Below, in pieces: positions 58,718-64,000 of a stretch of 64,000 bases of DNA (position 1 is its first letter; every line of letters starts with the position of its first letter). Location of the stretch: assembly GCA_011051615.1 (NCBI GenBank), contig DRKU01000109.1, positions 13,324 to 77,323 of the forward strand. Direction: 5' to 3'. The stretch is from Gammaproteobacteria bacterium (lineage in GTDB: Bacteria; Pseudomonadota; Gammaproteobacteria; CAMYNG01). Under the pieces are notes generated by a model, which worked only from the letters and a program-made list of their open reading frames with translations, had not been told where the DNA came from and did no database searches. Both the position numbers and the translations under genes were made by a program.

Positions 58718-59497
58718 TCATGGCATGAGCCTGCCATTGAGGCGCAGGGTGTAGCGCCCCTGGGCATCGGCACGACCAAGAAAACCCAGTACCGAACGCA
58801 GTTGATCACTCACCTGGGCGCGCGGCGTAAGATAGGCGTCGAGACGGTACTGACCGCCGGCATCGATGCGCAAGGTGCCATCGATACCCAGCATACCGCC
58901 GCGATCACGTAACACGCCATGGGTGCCGTTTTCCCCGGGCGTCAGAACCAGCTGAATGGCGCCGAGATCCAGGCCGTCGACACCCGCCAGCCCGGCGTTC
59001 TCCCACACCACCGTACCGCTCAGTTGCCAGCGCTGGCCCGCCTCGATGATGGCGCTATCCAGTGAACCTTCGAGTGTGCCACTCGGGACGAAGGGTGAAC
59101 CATAGATAAGCGGTGCAAACAGGTCCAGGGGCAGACGGAAGCGTGCATCGTCCAGTGCTATCACGTCGCTGGAGAGCACTACGTCACCACTGGCGAAGCC
59201 ATGAGGGACGTCCACGCGTACCGTGGCCGAAAGCTCGCCCCATGCCAGCGGCAACATGGCCAGGTCCCAGCGCAACGGGCCCGCCTGCAGACGCCCGTAG
59301 CGCAGTTGTACGGCACGACCGTGCCACACGCTACCTTCGAGGCCGGTGAGCTGAAACTGGCGCAGGGCGGGATCGCCGGCAAGGAAGGTCTGCCAGGCAA
59401 AGGCCGCCGGCATGCGCAACAGTGCCAGCACTGCGACCCCTGTCAGCACGGCCAGCACCAGCGCCAGCCTGTATTTGAGGGTGAACGACTCCACCAT
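58718..59497 (-). CDS. gspN: Type II secretion system protein N
   Basis: 259 aa with a single N-terminal TM helix (YRLALVLAVLTGVAVLALL). It is the last gene of the gsp operon and its start overlaps the gspM stop (ATGA). The call rests on operon position, size and topology. Confidence 0.65.
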   Translation of the reverse strand: MVESFTLKYRLALVLAVLTGVAVLALLRMPAAFAWQTFLAGDPALRQFQLTGLEGSVWHGRAVQLRYGRLQAGPLRWDLAMLPLAWGELSATVRVDVPHGFASGDVVLSSDVIALDDARFRLPLDLFAPLIYGSPFVPSGTLEGSLDSAIIEAGQRWQLSGTVVWENAGLAGVDGLDLGAIQLVLTPGENGTHGVLRDRGGMLGIDGTLRIDAGGQYRLDAYLTPRAQVSDQLRSVLGFLGRADAQGRYTLRLNGRLMP

Positions 59498-59991
59498 CAG
59501 TGGCTCAGCACCACCCGCCCGGAGATCCGGCCCGCGTTCTGGCGATCGATGGAGATCTCGCTGACCACGGCACCGTAGCGTTGCTGCATGGCATCGAGCC
59601 AGCGCATGACGTCATCGAAGGGAGCATTCCTGAGTTGTACGCGTACACCCTCGCCTTCCTCACGCACATTTTCCACTGCCACGCCCAGCTGCTGGCGCGC
59701 ACTGGCATCGGTCACCGTGAGCAGCGACTGGCCCGCGGCCAGTGTCCCGGCTACCGCCCCCTGTTGCCTGAGACGCTGCACCTCGAGCGCCAGACTCTGC
59801 ATGGCGGCCAGGTCACGCCGCTCACGGGCGACACGGGTTTCCAGATCTTCGATACCGTTCTGTAACGGCGACCAGATGAACTGGTAGGGCAGAAACACGA
59901 TCAACGCCGCCGCGGCAACGAGCACCAGGCGCCGTTCGCGGGGTTCCAGGCTACCCAGCCAGTGACGCAACTTGTCTACCAGTCCGCGCAT
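59497..59991 (-). CDS. gspM: Type II secretion system protein M
   Basis: From the ATG at 59991, which overlaps the gspL stop (ATGA): MRGLVDKLRHWLGSLEPRERRLVLVAAAALIVFLPYQFIW, a typical GspM N-terminus with a single TM. The track extension to 60066 was rejected. Confidence 0.78.
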   Translation of the reverse strand: MRGLVDKLRHWLGSLEPRERRLVLVAAAALIVFLPYQFIWSPLQNGIEDLETRVARERRDLAAMQSLALEVQRLRQQGAVAGTLAAGQSLLTVTDASARQQLGVAVENVREEGEGVRVQLRNAPFDDVMRWLDAMQQRYGAVVSEISIDRQNAGRISGRVVLSH

Positions 59992-61247
59992 CAGGCCTTC
60001 TCCCGGATATGCAACACGCTGTCCACCTTGCCGCCGCGCGAGGTGGTCTCGCTTTCCACCTGCCACTTGCCGTTGGCGGCCAGCACCTGCTTGAGCTTGT
60101 CGATACTGGCCAGGTCTCGTGCCTGCAGGCGCAGGTCGAGGCGACCCTCGCGGTACTGGATACTCTGGACGGCCACGCCGCTGCGACTCAGGGCGGGGCC
60201 CACCTCGCTCAGCATCTGCGCCAGTGAGAATTCGTCACTGCCACTACCCTGGCGCAGCTTCGTGACCAGTTGCGCCATGTATTCACGCAGGCGGCCCCTG
60301 ACGATGCGCGAAGCGGGAAAGGCCTGTTTGAAGACCTGCTCCATCTGTGTGCGCAGGGCCTCGCTTTCCTCGCGGAGCTGGTAATAGCGGTAGCCATCGA
60401 AACCACTCTGCACCACCAGCCACAGGACGAATACCGCCGCCGCGGCACGCCAGGGACCGAAGCGACCCTGCCAGGCGGTCTCGCGGGCAAAGGCGCCCTG
60501 CAGCAGATTGAGCCCGGCCGCCGGGTTCACCGACAGCGCCAGCCACTCACCGACACTGTGTACATCCAGTGAACGCGAAACGATCTCCAGTGCCTCGAAA
60601 CGTTGTCTGAATTCCAGCGTCAATATACTGTCCGCGTCACTATCGGGTGACGCATGAAGCTCGAGTCGTGCTGGCATTGCCTCCTCGCGGGCGGCCAGTT
60701 CGACGCCCAGCAGGCTGGCGAGATTACCCGCATCACAGGCAAACCCCGCCTGCGGGCCCTGGCGCACGCAGGCCACACCATCGGCCAGCAACACCGACCA
60801 CGTCCCCTCGGCACAGGGCAGACAGAGGAAATCCGGCAACAGGCTGTGTGGCAACAGGCCGTGTTGCTCCAGCGCATCAAGCAAGGTAGCGAGATAGTCG
60901 CGTGCAACCACGGCCAGCGCGTAGCGGCCATCGGCACCGCGTTCTCCCAGCGCCACGTGCTGATCCTCCACGTCGCCGATGAGTTGATCCTCGATGGCAT
61001 AGGGCGCCGCGCGCAACAGCTTGTGGCGGTTACCACCCGGCAGGCGTGCCCGGGTGAGCAGCACCTCGCTACCGGGGATGACCACCACCACCTGCTCGTT
61101 GTCACTGCTTTGCGGCAGATCTTCCAGCGTGCCCTGTGCCATGCGCATCAACAGGCGATCGCCAGCCACGCGCACCCATTCGAAACGCGCCGCCTGTGGC
61201 GAACGCGGATCGAAGTCCCTTACCCTGATGAACAGAAAACCCGCCAC
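59991..61247 (-). CDS. gspL: Type II secretion system protein L
   Basis: 418 aa. The GTG start abuts the gspK stop. A cytoplasmic actin-like N-terminal domain, a central TM (AAAAVFVLWLVVQ) and a periplasmic C-terminus. Sits between gspK and gspM. Confidence 0.8.
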   Translation of the reverse strand: MAGFLFIRVRDFDPRSPQAARFEWVRVAGDRLLMRMAQGTLEDLPQSSDNEQVVVVIPGSEVLLTRARLPGGNRHKLLRAAPYAIEDQLIGDVEDQHVALGERGADGRYALAVVARDYLATLLDALEQHGLLPHSLLPDFLCLPCAEGTWSVLLADGVACVRQGPQAGFACDAGNLASLLGVELAAREEAMPARLELHASPDSDADSILTLEFRQRFEALEIVSRSLDVHSVGEWLALSVNPAAGLNLLQGAFARETAWQGRFGPWRAAAAVFVLWLVVQSGFDGYRYYQLREESEALRTQMEQVFKQAFPASRIVRGRLREYMAQLVTKLRQGSGSDEFSLAQMLSEVGPALSRSGVAVQSIQYREGRLDLRLQARDLASIDKLKQVLAANGKWQVESETTSRGGKVDSVLHIREKA

Positions 61248-62201
61248 CTAGAACCATCCTTTGCTGCGCATGATCACGCGGGGGCCACCCACGCCCATGC
61301 GTTGTATGACACTGACACGCCAGCGACGTACCCGGTCGATCCAGGCCTCGCCGGTGAGCAGAAAATAACTGCTGCGCACCGTCAGGCCGTTGGACTTGAT
61401 GCCCGTGCCGGTAAATATATCATCCTGCAGGAAGGCATTGACATTGGCGTAGCCTGCCGTACCGCGACGCTTGACCAGATCCTCGGCGCTGGACAGGCTG
61501 AGCCCTTCCACCAGGCAGGCGATCACCGGTGCCGGCGCGGTGTTGACGTTGATGGCGGTGTTGGCCTCGACGGCATAGACATAGGGTTCCAGCTTGCGGA
61601 AATATTCCTCGCTAAAGCCTTTCACCAGACGCAGCTCGCTGATACTGACCATGGCGCGGTTGGCCGTCCGGTAGGCACCCTGTTGTCGGCTCAGGTATTC
61701 GGCATCCTCGGCACCGCCGTCGAACTGTGCCTCTTCGTCGCCATCCAGCCAGTCGAGCACCGCATTGGTCAGCTCCGGCGGGATCTCCAGCACCGCCAGC
61801 AAACGTCGGAAACGTTCCACCTGCAGGGCCTGGGGGCGGCCTTCCGAGAGCAGGGTATTGATATTGAAACGCCCCTGCAGATCCTCGATATGACCGCTGA
61901 TCTGCCCACCGTCCACCGGCAGCGGCGGTAGCTGCTGCGCCCATTGATCGCCCAGGGCATCGATGGTGTTGTCGGTGAGATCGCGCTTGAGGATCTGTGC
62001 CGCCCAGACTTCTCCCGCACTGAGATAGGACTCGGCCTGATCACCATTCAGCACGTTGGATGCACGGCGGATATCCACCTGTCCGCGCACCGTCATGGCC
62101 GTACCAGCGATGGTGGCAACCGCCAGGATCAGGATGGCAGTCAACAGGGCGATGCCGCGCTGACGTTTACGGCCACGGATATGATGAACCATGCGCATCA
62201 T
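61248..62201 (-). CDS. gspK: Type II secretion minor pseudopilin K
   Basis: From the ATG at 62201, which overlaps the gspJ stop (ATGA): MMRMVHHIRGRKRQRGIALLTAILILAVATIAG. The pseudopilin-like hydrophobic segment lacks the Glu+5, as is typical of GspK. The track extension to 62321 was rejected. Confidence 0.8.
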   Translation of the reverse strand: MMRMVHHIRGRKRQRGIALLTAILILAVATIAGTAMTVRGQVDIRRASNVLNGDQAESYLSAGEVWAAQILKRDLTDNTIDALGDQWAQQLPPLPVDGGQISGHIEDLQGRFNINTLLSEGRPQALQVERFRRLLAVLEIPPELTNAVLDWLDGDEEAQFDGGAEDAEYLSRQQGAYRTANRAMVSISELRLVKGFSEEYFRKLEPYVYAVEANTAINVNTAPAPVIACLVEGLSLSSAEDLVKRRGTAGYANVNAFLQDDIFTGTGIKSNGLTVRSSYFLLTGEAWIDRVRRWRVSVIQRMGVGGPRVIMRSKGWF

Positions 62202-62815
62202 GATGGCTGCACCACTTCCACCAGGCGCACGATGCGCCCCCAGCCGTCTACGGTCAGGGTCCATTCCACCGCGCGCGGCAGTTCGCCAGCGAATTTGGGA
62301 TCGACATTGAGCGGCGGCCACTGGTTGTGCCAGCGGTTGCTGCGATCGAGAAATCGCCAGCTTACCGACTCCACGCCATCGAGCAACACTTCGCGCACCG
62401 GCTCACTGTCCGGCGCGCGATCCAGCACCGGCCAGGACAACCGGTAGAGTTTGTGATCGGCAAAGGCCCAGGCCACACGTTGCAGGTGGCTGCGTTGCCT
62501 GCCGGCGGGATTGGCATAGCCCGTGCGGGTAAACTCCAGTACCTGTTCATCGCCGCTGAAGGTAAACAGGGCCGGCACTTCACTACCGTACTGGCCGCGC
62601 ACGGGACGCGGAACGATCTGGCCGGTGTCACGCTCGATGAACATGACTGCCATCTGTAATGCCGTAAGCTGCGCCGATACCGCGTCGGTACGCGCACGGG
62701 TCTGCATCACGGTACTCAGGCCACCATAGGCCATGGTGGCGAACAGGGCGAAGATGGCCATGGCCACCAGCAGTTCCACCAGGGTAAACCCCGCCCGTGT
62801 CTGCCGCCGCCACAT
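62198..62815 (-). CDS. gspJ: Type II secretion minor pseudopilin J
   Basis: 205 aa with a prepilin-type N-terminus, MWRRQTRAGFTLVELLVAMAIFA. Confidence 0.85.
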   Translation of the reverse strand: MWRRQTRAGFTLVELLVAMAIFALFATMAYGGLSTVMQTRARTDAVSAQLTALQMAVMFIERDTGQIVPRPVRGQYGSEVPALFTFSGDEQVLEFTRTGYANPAGRQRSHLQRVAWAFADHKLYRLSWPVLDRAPDSEPVREVLLDGVESVSWRFLDRSNRWHNQWPPLNVDPKFAGELPRAVEWTLTVDGWGRIVRLVEVVQPS

Positions 62816-63207
62816 CAGGGACGCCCCACGAAGGTGGTGTAAACGGTAACCGGATCGACCACGCCGGTACGATCCGGATACACGGCAATGTCCAGGCGAC
62901 GCATGTCCGGATCGGGCGTTTCATTGATGGTGATCTCCCAGCGCCACTCACGGTCGGCCATCACCTCGGTGCCGCTCTGGCGTCCGGGTTCCGGCCACAG
63001 GCGCGCCATGCGCCATTCGGTCGCTTTGTTGGTCGCCACCCAGTGGGCGATGGTCTTGTCCTTGAGATGCGCGATGTTACGTGCACTGGCGCCGCCCACT
63101 TTCATGATGGCGCCGAGCGCCAGGCCGACAAACATCAGGGCGATGAGCACCTCCAGCAGGGTGAAACCTGCTGCCGAACTGCGCAAGCGAGGCTGTGAGA
63201 TGGTCAT
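62815..63207 (-). CDS. gspI: Type II secretion minor pseudopilin I
   Basis: From the ATG at 63207: MTISQPRLRSSAAGFTLLEVLIALMFVGLALG (prepilin motif), ~130 aa. The track extension to 63336 was rejected. Confidence 0.85.
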   Translation of the reverse strand: MTISQPRLRSSAAGFTLLEVLIALMFVGLALGAIMKVGGASARNIAHLKDKTIAHWVATNKATEWRMARLWPEPGRQSGTEVMADREWRWEITINETPDPDMRRLDIAVYPDRTGVVDPVTVYTTFVGRP

Positions 63208-63208
63208 G

Positions 63209-63724
63209 TCAGCCCGATGCCCCCGGTGTTTCAGGCTGGCGCAGCTCGAAGTGCCCCAGGCTGTCACCGACCAGCAGGTAACGCCAGCCGGACCCATCGG
63301 CCTCCAGTTGCAACTCGAACGGTGTCGCCTCACCACTGGACAACAGGAATACTCGTGGCGGGTTCACTCCCTCATCTTCACCGAAGCTCACCTCCGTCGC
63401 TTCGAGACGCAGGCGCATGCGGATCCCCGCGTCGAGCTTGCGCGCGCGCAACACCTCGTCGTCGGTAATATCCTGCCACTGGCGGGCACGCAGCTCCTGA
63501 AAGCGATATCCCTCCTCGTCCATCACCAGCGCCAGTTCGCGCGACTCGAAGATGGCCGTCTCGCGCGCCAGTTCCATGAGACGCAACAGGCGGCGACCCT
63601 CCTCGCGCATCTTCACCTGCGGGCCGGCGGTACTGAGCGACAGGGTCGCCAGGCTCAGAATGATACCGATGAGCACCACCACCACGAGGATCTCCACCAG
63701 CGTCAGGCCGCGCGCGCGGCGCAT
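63209..63724 (-). CDS. gspH: Type II secretion minor pseudopilin H
   Basis: From the ATG at 63724: MRRARGLTLVEILVVVVLIGIILSLA (prepilin motif), ~171 aa. An alternative upstream start lies at 63766. Confidence 0.82.
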   Translation of the reverse strand: MRRARGLTLVEILVVVVLIGIILSLATLSLSTAGPQVKMREEGRRLLRLMELARETAIFESRELALVMDEEGYRFQELRARQWQDITDDEVLRARKLDAGIRMRLRLEATEVSFGEDEGVNPPRVFLLSSGEATPFELQLEADGSGWRYLLVGDSLGHFELRQPETPGASG

Positions 63725-63772
63725 CTGCAGGCGGGAGCTCAGGGTAGAGAGGGTGCACATGTGCAATACCGC

Positions 63773-64000
63773 TTACCAGTTGCCGATGTCGTCGTCGCTG
63801 GGCTCACCATCCGGTCCCAGCGAATAGACGTCGATCTTGCCGCGTGTACCGGGACTGAGATACTGGTAGGGGTTGTTCCAGGGATCCAGCGGCACCTTCT
63901 TTATATAACCATCCTCCTGCCAGGCACGCGGAATGGGATTGGTGGAGGGTTTTCTCACCAGTGCTTCCAGCCCCTGATCGGTGGTGGGATAGTTGCCGTT
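63773..64000 (-). CDS. gspG: Type II secretion major pseudopilin G (C-terminal part; 5' end lies beyond the window)
   Basis: The reading frame stays open to the window edge. The translation ...NGNYPTTDQGLEALVRKPSTNPIPRAWQEDGYIKKVPLDPWNNPYQYLSPGTRGKIDVYSLGPDGEPSDDDIGNW matches the conserved GspG C-terminal domain. Confidence 0.9.
   Translation of the reverse strand, partial: NGNYPTTDQGLEALVRKPSTNPIPRAWQEDGYIKKVPLDPWNNPYQYLSPGTRGKIDVYSLGPDGEPSDDDIGNW

Overview
This is a high-GC chromosomal segment that looks gammaproteobacterial. It is densely packed with about 57 protein-coding genes. Reading both strands, I found no rRNA or tRNA gene, CRISPR array, transposase, integrase or prophage remnant.

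Most of the content is core housekeeping in familiar synteny blocks:
- efp divergent from epmB
- parC-parE
- dapA-bamC-(MBL hydrolase)-purC, facing gcvR-bcp
- ettA and hemH
- msrPQ and clpB
- rluD-pgeF divergent from bamD
- glnB-nadE and sucCD
- a PilS/PilR-like two-component pair
- the distal part of a type II secretion operon (gspG to gspN, with gspG cut by the window end)

Lifestyle-related genes include a stand-alone soxB (thiosulfate oxidation), two methyl-accepting chemotaxis proteins and an MFP-RND efflux pair. The soxB makes a Chromatiales/Ectothiorhodospiraceae-like sulfur oxidiser plausible, but that is only an inference.

I did not find a convincing new multi-gene system such as a defence island. 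The observations most worth a second look are:
1. A cyclic-nucleotide signalling neighbourhood at 1.8-10 kb. It holds a large protein with a degenerate PilZ-like C-terminus, a FimX-like REC-PAS-GGDEF-EAL protein degenerate in all three signalling domains, a DUF1015 gene, and a HAMP-class III cyclase translationally coupled to a secreted helical-repeat protein.
2. Two tandem bamD paralogues.
3. A 386-nt gene-free, structured region upstream of msrP.
4. A probable CTG start for rluD.
5. A small Cys-rich membrane protein preceding pilSR.
6. A Met/Ala/Pro-rich periplasmic protein.

The ORF track contains many long antisense shadow ORFs and N-terminal over-extensions, as expected at this GC content. 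I rejected the shadow ORFs and trimmed the over-extended starts. All functional calls rest on motifs read by eye and on synteny. No database search was run.
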